Assembly (NCBI GenBank): GCA_016213525.1
Contig: JACRAE010000004.1
Location: 13,269-77,268 of the forward strand
Direction of reading: 5' to 3'
Length of the DNA: 64,000 nt
Origin: Candidatus Aenigmatarchaeota archaeon
Lineage (GTDB): Archaea; Aenigmatarchaeota; Aenigmatarchaeia; CG10238-14; SCSR01
Shown here: in pieces, positions 8,182-17,971 of the stretch
Layout: every line of letters begins with the position of its first letter
How positions within the stretch are numbered: the first letter of the stretch is position 1
Notes under the pieces: model-generated
Told to the model about the DNA's origin: nothing
Seen by the model: the letters and a program-made list of their open reading frames with translations, nothing else
Database searches by the model: none
Position numbers and translations under genes: made by a program

Positions 8182-8640
8182 TTACTTCTGAATTATTAGC
8201 TTGACCTGCTCGGGGTCGTACTTAAAGTTCTTCGGTATGACGCCTTCCCTCGAGTAGTACTTGCAGAGCCTCCTTATCTTGGACTCAAGGTGCTGCAGGC
8301 CGACGAGGGCTTTCTTGTCCTTCTTGTTGTGGCCCATGTGGTCGCGCAGCTCGACGGCCTTCTTGAACAGGCTCATGAGGTCCTCGGGCATCTGCGGATA
8401 ATTGCTGGTCTCCTTCATGACCTCGGATATGGACTTCTTGGTTATCAGCCTGGAGTCCGGGATGCCGTACTGGTCGCGCAGTATCGTCCCTATGAGGGCC
8501 GACGTCTTCCTCTCCTTCGCGAGCCTGACTATAATCTCCTGTACCTCGGGTCCCTTCACCTTGACCCACTTCGGCACTACCTTCGTGGGTGGCTTCTTAG
8601 AGCCGTGCTTTCCCCTCTTTCTGCTGTACATTCTTGCCAT
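8182..8640 (-). CDS. rps15: 30S ribosomal protein S15 (uS15; S15P/S13e)
   Basis: MARMYSRKRGKHGSKKP...ILRDQYGIP...LESKIRRLCKYY. Trimmed by one codon to the ATG at 8640, because the track's first codon is TTG. Confidence 0.9.
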   Translation of the reverse strand: MARMYSRKRGKHGSKKPPTKVVPKWVKVKGPEVQEIIVRLAKERKTSALIGTILRDQYGIPDSRLITKKSISEVMKETSNYPQMPEDLMSLFKKAVELRDHMGHNKKDKKALVGLQHLESKIRRLCKYYSREGVIPKNFKYDPEQVKLIIQK

Positions 8641-8656
8641 CAAATCATCTCGCTTT

Positions 8657-8887
8657 TTACTCGTCTCTCCTGACCAACCAGTAGAAGACTAAGATTACTG
8701 TGAAAATAAACGTTATAAAACTTCCTACCATCGCTAATATGGCCGGTACGCCCTTCGTGTCCAGGACTGTCGCGGCCGTCCCTATGCCAGCCAGCACCAC
8801 GCCCATGATTATCCCGAGGATTATGTACCTCTCTATGGCCTCATGCCTCCCGTGGCCGTGCAGCGCGTGCCTAATCTTCGCCTTCAT
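8657..8887 (-). CDS. Small membrane protein (76 aa, 2 predicted TM helices)
   Basis: Hydrophobic stretches: IILGIIMGVVLAGIGTAATVL and ILAMVGSFITFIFTVILVFYWLV. Trimmed to the ATG at 8887. Tightly packed between bud32 and rps15. Confidence 0.4.
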   Translation of the reverse strand: MKAKIRHALHGHGRHEAIERYIILGIIMGVVLAGIGTAATVLDTKGVPAILAMVGSFITFIFTVILVFYWLVRRDE

Positions 8888-8934
8888 ACAAAACAATTGG
8901 GGTCCGACCCTTTAAATCTAGCGGCGGCGCGGAG

Positions 8935-9570
8935 TCACCTTCTTCCGGCGGGCGCCCTCGACTTGTACCTGCCCCTCGACTCTATCTTGCCCATCCTCAG
9001 CATGACCTCCCTCCACCTGGGGTTCGACCTCCTGTATCCGGACACTATCGAACTCCACAGCCTGCCGCTCGTCTTGTAGTTTCCAGCGACCAGCGCCTCC
9101 CGGAGTACGCCCAGGTCCGTCGCCATGTCCTCGACCCTCCTCGAGAACCTCCCGAGGCCGAAGTCTATGAAGAACACGTCCCTTCCGCGCACGATCATGT
9201 TCGAAGTCGTGAGGTCTCCGTGTACCATGCCGGCGGCGTGCATCTTCCCTATCCCCTCTCCGGCCGTCCTGCATACCGAAATTTTTACGGGCTTCCTCAG
9301 CAGGAAGTCTTTCATCACAATCCCGCCTATCTTCTCCATTGTTATCACGGAGAGAGCCTCGTCCGAGTGAACTATCTTCGGCGTCATCACGCCGTGCCCT
9401 CGCGCCTCGCGCATGAGCTTGATCTCCTGCCTGGTCCTGTTCGAGCGCAGCGCCGCGTCTATCTGCGGTATCCTGTAGCGCTTCGCTGACCTCTCCTTCA
9501 CTATGACGTCCTGGCCGTCGAACACTGACTCGTATATCGTGGCCTCCGCCCCGCGCTTGAGGACCTTCAT
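8935..9570 (-). CDS. bud32: KEOPS-complex Bud32/PRPK-type atypical protein kinase
   Basis: GAEATIY...VIVKER..KRYR...LD..LR..RT..E..L...A...GV..P, followed by the catalytic MVHGDLTTSNMIV and FFIDFGLG. This is the RIO/Bud32 small-kinase pattern. Confidence 0.8.
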   Translation of the reverse strand: MKVLKRGAEATIYESVFDGQDVIVKERSAKRYRIPQIDAALRSNRTRQEIKLMREARGHGVMTPKIVHSDEALSVITMEKIGGIVMKDFLLRKPVKISVCRTAGEGIGKMHAAGMVHGDLTTSNMIVRGRDVFFIDFGLGRFSRRVEDMATDLGVLREALVAGNYKTSGRLWSSIVSGYRRSNPRWREVMLRMGKIESRGRYKSRAPAGRR

Positions 9571-9593
9571 TTTTCCAGATGGTGTAAGGGCGC

Positions 9594-9603
9594 TTAAATA
9601 AAA
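9594..9603 (-). promoter_or_regulatory. TATA-like element upstream of bud32
   Basis: The minus strand reads TTTTATTTAAG about 23-34 nt upstream of the bud32 ATG (9570), in the 42-nt gap after radA. The spacing fits short-leader or leaderless archaeal promoters. Confidence 0.3.
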
Positions 9604-9612
9604 TTCGGTGTC

Positions 9613-10584
9613 CTACTTGGACTTCTCTTCGACGTCGGATATTCCGTTCTCGGTTATCTTGAAGATGCACTCTCCCTCAGGCAGGTTCGCCGCGTCCATG
9701 AGCTTGCCTATCTTCGTGCCCTCCTTGCCCTTGCGGAAGTAGAGCCTGTAAGTCGCCTGGTGCGCGAGCACGTGACCTCCGACCGGCGCGGTGGGGTCGC
9801 CGAAAAGTATGTCGGGCCTCGCCATCACCTGATTTGTGACGTACACTGCGGCATTGTGGGCATCAGCCAGCTTCTGCAGGAGGTGCAGGTGCTTGTTGAG
9901 CTTCTGCTGCCTGGGGGCTAGCTCCCCCCTCCCGACGAAGTCCGACCTGAAGTGCGATGTCAGGCTGTCGACAACAATCAGACCGATGTTCTTCTCCTCT
10001 ATCATCTCGTTCGCCTTCTCGGCGAGCAGCATCTGATGCTCCGTGTTGTAGGCGCGGGCGACAAAAATGTTCTTCAGCACCTTCTCCGGGTCCATCTTGT
10101 TATGCTTCGCTATCTGGACTATCCTTGAGGGGGCGAACGTGTTCTCCGTGTCTATGAAGAGGACGTTCTTTCCCAGGCCGCCTTTCTCAATAGGCTGCTG
10201 GACATTCACACAAAGCGTGAAGCCGAGCTGGGACTTGCCGCTCGCAAACTGGCCGTAGACCTCCGTTATGGCCTGCGTCTCCACCCCGCCCCCGAGGAGC
10301 TTGTCGAGTGTCTTCGATCCTGTCGTTATCTTGTGTGAGGCTAACTTCCTCTCAAGAACCTTGTCAGCCGTCTCGAACCCTATGTTCATGTTCTTCCTGA
10401 CGGAGTTGATTATCTTCTGCGCCTGCCCCTCCCCGATTTCCGCTATCGACGCGAGCTCGCGCGGCGACGTCACAGCTATCGTCATCGGATCAGTGTATCC
10501 AATCTCCCTGAGCTTCTCGGCTATCTTGGCTCCGACGCCGTCTATGTCCTCGATTTCGAATTGTTTCTCCCCAGCTTTTGCCAT
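9613..10584 (-). CDS. radA: DNA repair and recombination protein RadA
   Basis: N-terminal HhH region [20 protein letters not shown], then Walker [19 protein letters not shown] and [12 protein letters not shown]. Trimmed to the ATG at 10584, 3 nt after the rpa stop. Confidence 0.92.
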   Translation of the reverse strand: MAKAGEKQFEIEDIDGVGAKIAEKLREIGYTDPMTIAVTSPRELASIAEIGEGQAQKIINSVRKNMNIGFETADKVLERKLASHKITTGSKTLDKLLGGGVETQAITEVYGQFASGKSQLGFTLCVNVQQPIEKGGLGKNVLFIDTENTFAPSRIVQIAKHNKMDPEKVLKNIFVARAYNTEHQMLLAEKANEMIEEKNIGLIVVDSLTSHFRSDFVGRGELAPRQQKLNKHLHLLQKLADAHNAAVYVTNQVMARPDILFGDPTAPVGGHVLAHQATYRLYFRKGKEGTKIGKLMDAANLPEGECIFKITENGISDVEEKSK

Positions 10585-10586
10585 AA

Positions 10587-11543
10587 TCAAACACCAATCT
10601 TCGCTTCTAATTCCTCGACTAACCTTTTACTCTCCTCGATAGGATTTATATCTTCGACCGAGTCCGCAACCATTTCGAGCGTGTTGAAGAAACTATTGTT
10701 CTTCACCTTCCCGGATATCATTATTTCCTTGCCGAGCACTCCCTTCTTCACGACGTCGTGCCTCGACGCCAGATCGAGCGCGTCTAGGTCCGCGGCCGTT
10801 GTGCCCGATAACTGCTCCGCGAGACCCCTGAAGAACACCGTGCGTATGTCCCCGGTCCCGTCGTCGAGCAGGCACGATATGAACATCGCCTTGTCCCCTC
10901 CGTCGCTCTCGAAGATGAAGTTGCCCTTGAAAACCTGGACTATGGTGCCGCGCACGTCGAAGTTCCCCGGGACCAGGCCGGATATCTTGGTCTGGGGGTT
11001 CTCTTGGATGAAGCCCTGTCCTATGTCCTCCATGCCCGGCACGAGCGAGTCGTCGTCCACCTTCCTGATGCTGCCGAACTTCCCGATGGATATCTCGACC
11101 TCGCCGTAAACGTTGTCCTTCGACATCCCACCGTACACCTGAACGACGTCTCCTACCTTCACAGACCCGTCCTCGATTATCTTCACCTGGTCGTTCCAGA
11201 GAGGAAGGCGCGTGTACCCCGACCCGTCCGACAAAAACACATTCACGACCCTGCCCTTCTCGCCGTTCTTCTTCTGGAACTCGGTTATCGGCGACGTCTT
11301 GAACACGCGCGCCACGAGGTTCACGTTCCTGACGCCCGACACCAGGTTCTTGATCTGGAACTTGCTCGTCTGCGCCGTCTCTATTTTGGCGTCCAGGTCC
11401 CGCGCCACGAGGTGGGCGGCGGCCTCCTTCGTTATCATGTTTGAAAACTCGATGAGCTTGTCCTCTATAAGAGAATTGACATTTTCCGCGGCCGTGTCCG
11501 ACTGCCTGGAAATTTCTGAGACTATTTCTTCGAGAGTGGCCAT
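10587..11543 (-). CDS. rpa: Replication protein A-like ssDNA-binding protein (two OB folds)
   Basis: [11 protein letters not shown], then OB-fold repeats ([17 protein letters not shown]...[21 protein letters not shown] and [11 protein letters not shown]...[18 protein letters not shown]). Trimmed to the ATG at 11543. I see no zinc-finger Cys cluster. Confidence 0.75.
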   Translation of the reverse strand: MATLEEIVSEISRQSDTAAENVNSLIEDKLIEFSNMITKEAAAHLVARDLDAKIETAQTSKFQIKNLVSGVRNVNLVARVFKTSPITEFQKKNGEKGRVVNVFLSDGSGYTRLPLWNDQVKIIEDGSVKVGDVVQVYGGMSKDNVYGEVEISIGKFGSIRKVDDDSLVPGMEDIGQGFIQENPQTKISGLVPGNFDVRGTIVQVFKGNFIFESDGGDKAMFISCLLDDGTGDIRTVFFRGLAEQLSGTTAADLDALDLASRHDVVKKGVLGKEIMISGKVKNNSFFNTLEMVADSVEDINPIEESKRLVEELEAKIGV

Positions 11544-11625
11544 GCCAAACGTAAACAACTTGTTCTCCTGGTAATTAAACCCTTTGCGGGGTAGACTTCC
11601 GGTTGCTTCTGGTGACGGCTAAAAT

Positions 11626-11841
11626 TCAACTCGACTGAATCTTCCTTCTGGCGACCCTGACGTCCTCGTCCGTTATCGTCTTCCTTCCGGCGTGCTTCGC
11701 CAGGGCGAGCGCCTCGGCGGCGAGCGACAGCATCCTCTCCTCCATTAGGATGGAGAACTCCTCGAGCGCGTCCTGCGCCACTCTCTTCGCTCCGGCCTTC
11801 TTCAATATCCTCTCGAACGGCAGCTTCGGTATGTCTCCCAT
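11626..11841 (-). CDS. Archaeal histone (HMf family)
   Basis: 71 aa. LPFERILKKAGAKRVAQDALEEF...LAKHAGRKTITDEDVRVA is the histone-fold signature. The ATG at 11841 directly abuts the aglB stop codon (11842-11844). Confidence 0.85.
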   Translation of the reverse strand: MGDIPKLPFERILKKAGAKRVAQDALEEFSILMEERMLSLAAEALALAKHAGRKTITDEDVRVARRKIQSS

Positions 11842-14184
11842 CTACGCGCCGCCTCCGACCGAGGAGAAGTCGACCTTGAAGATCTTCATCTCCGGGTTCT
11901 GGTACACCATGTCGTAGCTCTTCAGCGCCGGCAGCCCTATGTCCCTCTGACCGAGGCCGTTGAAGAAGAACATGTTCGTGAACACGGAGTCCCTCACCTT
12001 AGGCTGCATGTAGACGAGCGTCTGGAACGAAGGGTCCACCCACGCGAGGCCGTCGACGACGTTGCCGACCTGCGTCGTCGTGAAGCCCAGGTCGGCGCCG
12101 TTCTGGTATATGACCAGATGGCTTATCGGGGCGTTCCTCACGCCTTGCTGCGGCGAGTTCATGATTGCGAACAGCGTCGTGTTCTGCTGTATGACCGATA
12201 TCTCGGTCGGCGCGCCTGCCGAGCACACGTACGTCGGCGCTTTCAGCCTGTCCGTCTCCTGCTGGTTCAGGCCGCACTGCGTGAACGCGGCGCCCTGTCC
12301 CGTCCCGAAGAAGCTGAGCCAGTAGTACTTCCCTATCAGGTCGGACGTTGCGAGCACGTACATGCCGGATATCGGGTCGCACGCCTCGGCGGGGAACCGG
12401 TCGCCGAACTTCTGCTTCAGCTCCGCGCACTGCTTATCTGTGACTCCCCTGTACTTGCTCAGTATCCTGACGGACTCGTTCTCGCTGGATATCGCGAACG
12501 CGCGCCCCATGTCCTGTATCCTGCTGTCGTGGTTGAGGAACAGGCAGGAGAACCCGCAGTGCGCGCCGTCGGCCATCACCTTCAGTCCTGTGCTTCCCGT
12601 TATTATGTGTCCCGGGTCCCACCACGTGCTGACGAGCGAGTCCCTGTCGCCGTTCTCCTTGAGCCATGCGAGGCCGTTCTTCCAGTTGTCGCTGACGTCC
12701 AGACCGCCCGAGGCCTGCTTGATGAACTGGTGGTTCTCGTCGAAGAACATCAGGCCGCCCAGAATTAAGAACGCGACGAACGTGCCGAGCAGGACGTTGT
12801 TGTTCCTTTCCCTACAATATGCTATCAAATTGCCAGCCGTGAATCCCGCGGCGGTCGCTATCGATATTGAGAACAGCAAGGAGAACCTTATTCCCTTCGT
12901 TATCAGCAGGAAAGAAATTATCATCCAAATTATGGCGAAGTACTCCGCGGTGTGGATCTCCTTCCTGAATACGAGCTTGAGAGCCGTTATGACGAGCGCG
13001 GCCGCGGCGAGGAACATCGGCACCTGGCCGACCCTTCCTACAACCTGGTTGAACTGCGTGAAAACGTCCAGCGGCTGCAGCTCGGCCACGGACTGGTTCA
13101 CGACGAGGGAGCTCCCCGTTATGCCGCTAAGCACGAGCACTATGGCGAGCACCGCCCCGGATATGCCGCCTATGATGGTCGCGTTCAGCCTTCCCAGAGC
13201 AAGGCCGCATATCGCGCCCATTATCCCCATCAATGCGACGAATCCGGCCACCGCCCAGCTCTTGGTGCCGATTATGTTCAGACCCTGTATGAGCTGGTCG
13301 TGCGGGGGTATTGTGTTGAAGGGCCAGCCGCTCGTCGCGAGCGACATCGCCTCTCCCACGAAGCCAATCAAAAGGATTGTGAATATCAAGTTCCTGTGGT
13401 CCCTTATCTTGGCAACGATGAGTGGCAGTCCTAGCTTCACCTTCTTGCTGATTAGGGCCTCGACCACCCTGAAGAAGATCAGCATCGGTATGAAGAAGAA
13501 GAATATGAAGTAGATGTACCAGCTGTTGCTCCAGTTGAGCGCGAAGAGCCAGTAGCTGATGAGCGACGGAATCAGGTACAGTAGAATCTTGGACCACGAC
13601 TGCCTCATCTCGGACAGGTTTCCTAGCTTCAGCTTGTCAATCTTGTTTATGGTGTAAAGCGTGGACGCTATCGTCAGGAACGAGTAGAACACGGTCGTGG
13701 CGTCGCTGTCAGGGTATCCGCCTATCGAGACCGAAAGGAACGTCACGGTCGAGATTGCGAAGAACGCCGTGATGAGGCCTCCCCACCTGTTTGTGACCTG
13801 CGCCCCGAGGAAGTACGCCGGCACCGCCGACAGCGAGGCGAAGACGGCGACAAACATGCCGGCAAACGTCTCGAGCTTCATCTGGACGAACATGGTCGTC
13901 AGCTTGTAGAAAATGGCTATGGTGTAGGACCAGCCCAGGTAGTAGTCGGTCGGCCTTCCCGGCGGGTAGTAGCTCAGTATGTCCCATTTGGGAGGCAGGA
14001 ACCCGTTGTTCAATATCTCCTGCGCGTGCCTGAAGAACCACCACGGGTCGTAGTCCAGGATGAAGTTGGGGTTCCAGTTGATCAGCCTCAGCCAGACGCC
14101 GATGAGGATTATTCCGAGCAGTATCACGTACTGGATGTTGTCGAAAATCGGCTTCGAGAGCTTCTGGTACAACTTGTCTATCAT
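11842..14184 (-). CDS. aglB: Dolichyl-(pyro)phosphate oligosaccharide:protein oligosaccharyltransferase AglB (STT3 family)
   Basis: 780 aa. About 13 N-terminal TM segments, with a first-loop acidic motif LDYDPWWFFRH and the WWDxG motif as STWWDPGHIITG, followed by a soluble C-terminal domain. Confidence 0.85.
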   Translation of the reverse strand: MIDKLYQKLSKPIFDNIQYVILLGIILIGVWLRLINWNPNFILDYDPWWFFRHAQEILNNGFLPPKWDILSYYPPGRPTDYYLGWSYTIAIFYKLTTMFVQMKLETFAGMFVAVFASLSAVPAYFLGAQVTNRWGGLITAFFAISTVTFLSVSIGGYPDSDATTVFYSFLTIASTLYTINKIDKLKLGNLSEMRQSWSKILLYLIPSLISYWLFALNWSNSWYIYFIFFFFIPMLIFFRVVEALISKKVKLGLPLIVAKIRDHRNLIFTILLIGFVGEAMSLATSGWPFNTIPPHDQLIQGLNIIGTKSWAVAGFVALMGIMGAICGLALGRLNATIIGGISGAVLAIVLVLSGITGSSLVVNQSVAELQPLDVFTQFNQVVGRVGQVPMFLAAAALVITALKLVFRKEIHTAEYFAIIWMIISFLLITKGIRFSLLFSISIATAAGFTAGNLIAYCRERNNNVLLGTFVAFLILGGLMFFDENHQFIKQASGGLDVSDNWKNGLAWLKENGDRDSLVSTWWDPGHIITGSTGLKVMADGAHCGFSCLFLNHDSRIQDMGRAFAISSENESVRILSKYRGVTDKQCAELKQKFGDRFPAEACDPISGMYVLATSDLIGKYYWLSFFGTGQGAAFTQCGLNQQETDRLKAPTYVCSAGAPTEISVIQQNTTLFAIMNSPQQGVRNAPISHLVIYQNGADLGFTTTQVGNVVDGLAWVDPSFQTLVYMQPKVRDSVFTNMFFFNGLGQRDIGLPALKSYDMVYQNPEMKIFKVDFSSVGGGA

Positions 14185-14206
14185 CCGTGAGCCTCTTTAT
14201 GTTTCC

Positions 14207-14214
14207 TTATTTTA
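14207..14214 (-). promoter_or_regulatory. TATA-like element upstream of aglB
   Basis: The minus strand reads CCTAAAATAAGG about 21-32 nt upstream of the aglB ATG (14184), inside the 74-nt gap. Confidence 0.3.
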
Positions 14215-14258
14215 GGCTCATAAACCTTGACATGCTGCTTCATGGAGCCGCTTCCTAC

Positions 14259-15158
14259 TCATCCAGACCTTTCAACCGAAGCCTGCCGAAGCACCTCCTC
14301 TATCCCGTCGTCCAGGCTCCTCATCCTGATTCCGGTCTTCGACTCCGCCTTATCGCTCCTGAGGAACACGTTGGGCCTCTTCGCCGGCAGGTTCAAGTCG
14401 ACGCTCTTAATCCCCAATATCGACTCCGGGTCCTTGCCCATGGCCGAGGCGACCCTCGAGGCGAACTCGTACCTGCTCACGAAGTCCGGGCCCGCCACGT
14501 GGTAAGTCCCGTCCTCCCAATCGCCGATGAGGGCATTCGTGACCGTGACAAGGTCGTCGACTAGCGTTGGGGTGTTGAACCAGTCAGTTATCTCCCTGTA
14601 CTTCTCCCCAGACTCGAACGCCCGTATCAGCTTCATTATGTTGTTCTTCTCGACGTGTCTTGGGCTCCACCTGTACGGGAGGTCCGTCCTCAAAATCATG
14701 AATGGCTGGCCCGATTTCTCGACGCACCTCTCGGCCGCCAGCTTCGACCTTCCGTACTGGTTTATGGGTCTCGGGGCGTCGTCCTCCGAGAATGCTGGCT
14801 TGGAACCGTCGAACACGAACGCGGACGACATGAAAACAATCCTGCTCCCGGCCTTCTTGCAGGCCTCGGCTATGTTCTCCGTGCCGCGGACGTTGACCGC
14901 GTCCGCCAGCGACGGGTTCGTCTCGCAAAGGTCGGCGTTCGTCAGGGCGGCCAGGTGTAGTACTGTGTCCGGACCGAACCCGGATACGACTTCCGACACG
15001 GACTCCTTGTCGGTAACGTCCAGTGACTTAGACGCGCCCCCGTGGACAGGGGCGTCCCTGGAGAGATAGGTGTAGAGGACATCATTCCCTCCCTTCGCCA
15101 GTTCCGTGACGAACTTCGACCCCATGGCCCCGCTGCCGCCGGTGACGAGCACCCTCAT
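14259..15158 (-). CDS. SDR NDP-4-keto-sugar reductase, RmlD (dTDP-4-dehydrorhamnose reductase)-like
   Basis: MRVLVTGGSGAMGS Rossmann start, YGRSKLAAE (YxxxK), and RmlD-like length and layout. A clear paralogue of 50897..51799. Confidence 0.65.
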   Translation of the reverse strand: MRVLVTGGSGAMGSKFVTELAKGGNDVLYTYLSRDAPVHGGASKSLDVTDKESVSEVVSGFGPDTVLHLAALTNADLCETNPSLADAVNVRGTENIAEACKKAGSRIVFMSSAFVFDGSKPAFSEDDAPRPINQYGRSKLAAERCVEKSGQPFMILRTDLPYRWSPRHVEKNNIMKLIRAFESGEKYREITDWFNTPTLVDDLVTVTNALIGDWEDGTYHVAGPDFVSRYEFASRVASAMGKDPESILGIKSVDLNLPAKRPNVFLRSDKAESKTGIRMRSLDDGIEEVLRQASVERSG

Positions 15159-15159
15159 C

Positions 15160-16680
15160 TCAGCCCGGCCCCCTGTTGACGTCTACGAACTTCCTCAGGG
15201 CCGACAGTTGGGGCGACAGGAACTTCAGCCTGGACTCGGCGAACCTCAGAATCGCCACGTCGTCGGTCGAGTAGAACTTGAGCTTACCCAAAATGAATAT
15301 GTACAGGACCAGACCGAGCGCGAGCATCGGCAGCGTCTCCAGAGCCTTTAGTCCGAGGGCGAACGACGACTGTAGGATGAAGAACAGCAGCAGCGACGGC
15401 ACCGCGAGCTTCGCCATCGAGACCCAAGGCATGGAGAACTTCAGGTTCTTCCTGAGAGCCAGATAGCTGGCTGTGGCGAAGACGGCGACGCCGGCAACGA
15501 AGCTGGCTATGAGCCCGTCCGCCCCCAGCAGCATAGTCATCGGTATCGACGTGCAGATGAAAAACGCCGCCGTTACCAGATAGACCGCCATGTTCCACCT
15601 GGCCTTTCCGATGGCGAAGAGGCTGGACACGAGTATCTGACCTATGCTCTGGACCAGGACCGCCAGTCCCACTATCGGAATCATCTGGACGGCGTCGAGG
15701 TAATGTATCTGCGTGAAGACGAGGACGAGCGCCTTCGAATAGAACGCATATATTATCATAATCGGCACCGACACGAAGAACACGTACCTCATCACGAGTT
15801 TTATAATCTTCGCCTGCGCGGCCGACTGGTTTCTGGACCCAGAGAGCCCGGAAGTTATTGGGAAGACGGCCTGGGATATTATCCCGGGTATGAGGGCGAG
15901 GGGGCTGGTGATGCTCAGCGCGGCTGCGAACAGCCCCGTGGTCTTCAGCGAGTCGAACAGCGTCAGGATTATGGTCGGCGTGTTCGTGAACAGGGCCCAG
16001 GATACGGAGGCCACGAATGCGGGCGCGGCGTACTTGAAGAACACGGCGTGACGGTCCACTTTCTCCCTGACGGCCCTGCCGAGCCTCAGAGCGTCCCTCC
16101 TGAGGACGACGACGATTCCGAACGACATCACTATGGCGGCCAGCGGCCCCATGAATCCGAATCCTGCGTACACAAGAATCGCCGCGGCGATTAGCTTGAA
16201 GATATTGATTGCAAAGTCGGTCGTGTATATCCTCCTCATGTTCTGGAGCCCGACAAGTATCGAAGTCGTGGAGTGCACAAGCGGCCACACAACTATGCCT
16301 ACGGATATCGCCGCCAGGGCCTCTATCGGCATGTTGAGGTCTATCTGGAAGTAGTACACCAAGGAGAAGAACGCGACGCTCGTGATTACGTTCACCGTCA
16401 CCAGAAGCTTGTTCGAGAACCCTATCAGAGCCGTTATCTTCCCGTCCTGCTTCTTCTTGGAGTACTCGGATATGAGCTTCGTGAGGGTCGCGTTGAAGCC
16501 GAGCATGCCGAACGTGGATATGAGTATGATCATGTTAACCGACGTGGATATTATCCCGGCGGCCTCCGGCGGCAGGCTCTTCCACACGACTATCCAGAAA
16601 ACAAACGACAGCACGGTGACCGACAGCCAGTTCGCGAAAAGGTAGAAGGTGTTTCCTGCAAGGCGCTCTACTAGTTTCAT
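15160..16680 (-). CDS. Oligo/polysaccharide flippase, Wzx/MOP superfamily
   Basis: About 12-14 TM segments with a Polysacc_synt-like N-terminus (MKLVERLAGNTFYLFANWLSVTVLSFVFWIVV). Trimmed to the ATG at 16680. The stop is 1 nt before the next gene's start. Confidence 0.7.
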   Translation of the reverse strand: MKLVERLAGNTFYLFANWLSVTVLSFVFWIVVWKSLPPEAAGIISTSVNMIILISTFGMLGFNATLTKLISEYSKKKQDGKITALIGFSNKLLVTVNVITSVAFFSLVYYFQIDLNMPIEALAAISVGIVVWPLVHSTTSILVGLQNMRRIYTTDFAINIFKLIAAAILVYAGFGFMGPLAAIVMSFGIVVVLRRDALRLGRAVREKVDRHAVFFKYAAPAFVASVSWALFTNTPTIILTLFDSLKTTGLFAAALSITSPLALIPGIISQAVFPITSGLSGSRNQSAAQAKIIKLVMRYVFFVSVPIMIIYAFYSKALVLVFTQIHYLDAVQMIPIVGLAVLVQSIGQILVSSLFAIGKARWNMAVYLVTAAFFICTSIPMTMLLGADGLIASFVAGVAVFATASYLALRKNLKFSMPWVSMAKLAVPSLLLFFILQSSFALGLKALETLPMLALGLVLYIFILGKLKFYSTDDVAILRFAESRLKFLSPQLSALRKFVDVNRGPG

Positions 16681-16726
16681 CCAATTCCCCAATAACAATT
16701 TTTGGAATCTTGAAGTTATAGGTTAG

Positions 16727-17932
16727 CTACACGCGGCCCCGCGGTCTTATCTTTCCGTAGACTTCCTCCATCTGGTCGGCGACCTTCTCGAGGGAATATT
16801 TCTCGTAGACTATCTCCTTCGCGTTCCTGACTATCCTGTCCCTGACGGCCTTGCTCTCGATCAGGAGGTTTATCTTCTTCTCGAGGCATTTCGAGTCGTT
16901 AGGGTCGCATAGAAGGCCGTTGTGCCCGTCCTTGATCCAGTAGGGTATCGTGTCCACTCTGGTCGCTATAGTGGGCGTGTCGCACGCCATGGCCTCTGCT
17001 AGCACGAGTCCGAAGCCCCCCGGCTCGGGTGCGTATCCGCCCAGAGAGTCCTTATAGACGGGCGGCAGGACGAAAACGTCCGCCAGAGTGTAGTAGGCGG
17101 ACATCTTGTCGTCTGGCACGTAGCCTGTGAACACGACCTTGTCGGATATCTTGAGCTCTGCCACCAGCTCCCTGAGGCGCTTCTCCATGTGGCCCTGACC
17201 AATGAGTATGAGCACGGATTTCCTGTGCCTCTGGGTCACCTTGGCGAACGCCCTGACGAGGTAGTCTATGCCCTTAGACGGTATCAGCCTACCGGCGTAC
17301 AGCACGACCTTCTTTCCGGCGTACTTCCTCTCGAGCGACCTGTCCCTAGTCGGGGCGAAGAATTCTGTGTCTATACCGGGATATATCACGTCTATCTTCC
17401 TGTCCCTCACGTATCCCTTGAAGTATTTTCTGCCGAAGTCGGTCATCAATATCACCCTGTCGACTATGCCCGTGTTCATCTTCGAGAACATCTTGGTCGC
17501 TCTGGATATCCCGGGTGTCAGGCCTACGTGGGACACGACGAACTTCTTGTTTGTCGCCTTGGCGACTATGCCGCTTAAAAATGTGTAGGCCGTCGGGAAC
17601 TGCCAGGAATGGATCACGTCGAACCCCCCAAACAGGAGCTTCGGGACGAGCGACGGCATGACGGCGTAGTACGCTATGCTCTTCCATATCTTGACCGGCA
17701 GGTACTCTATGCGCAGGTTCCCCATGACGAGAGTGTTCTTCTTTATTCCAGGAAACCTGCCCGTGAAAAACGTGACCTTGTGACCCCTCTCGGCCATCTT
17801 CATGGCGGCCCTGAACGAGTAGGTCTCTCCGCCCCCCACGCCGAAGTTCCCGGGGAACTTCGGTATGTTCTTCCCGATTGCCAACGGGAACGGGTACACG
17901 AAGGCTATCTTGAGCCTCTTTTCATCTGACAT
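16727..17932 (-). CDS. Glycosyltransferase, GT-B fold (GT4 family)
   Basis: The C-terminal Glycos_transf_1 signature is PPVYKDSLGGYAPEPGGFGLVLAEAMACDTPTIATRVDTIPYWIKDGHNGLL (E-x7-E type). Confidence 0.8.
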   Translation of the reverse strand: MSDEKRLKIAFVYPFPLAIGKNIPKFPGNFGVGGGETYSFRAAMKMAERGHKVTFFTGRFPGIKKNTLVMGNLRIEYLPVKIWKSIAYYAVMPSLVPKLLFGGFDVIHSWQFPTAYTFLSGIVAKATNKKFVVSHVGLTPGISRATKMFSKMNTGIVDRVILMTDFGRKYFKGYVRDRKIDVIYPGIDTEFFAPTRDRSLERKYAGKKVVLYAGRLIPSKGIDYLVRAFAKVTQRHRKSVLILIGQGHMEKRLRELVAELKISDKVVFTGYVPDDKMSAYYTLADVFVLPPVYKDSLGGYAPEPGGFGLVLAEAMACDTPTIATRVDTIPYWIKDGHNGLLCDPNDSKCLEKKINLLIESKAVRDRIVRNAKEIVYEKYSLEKVADQMEEVYGKIRPRGRV

Positions 17933-17971
17933 CCAATCAAAATTGATTCTCCGGACAATAAATAGGGTGTC

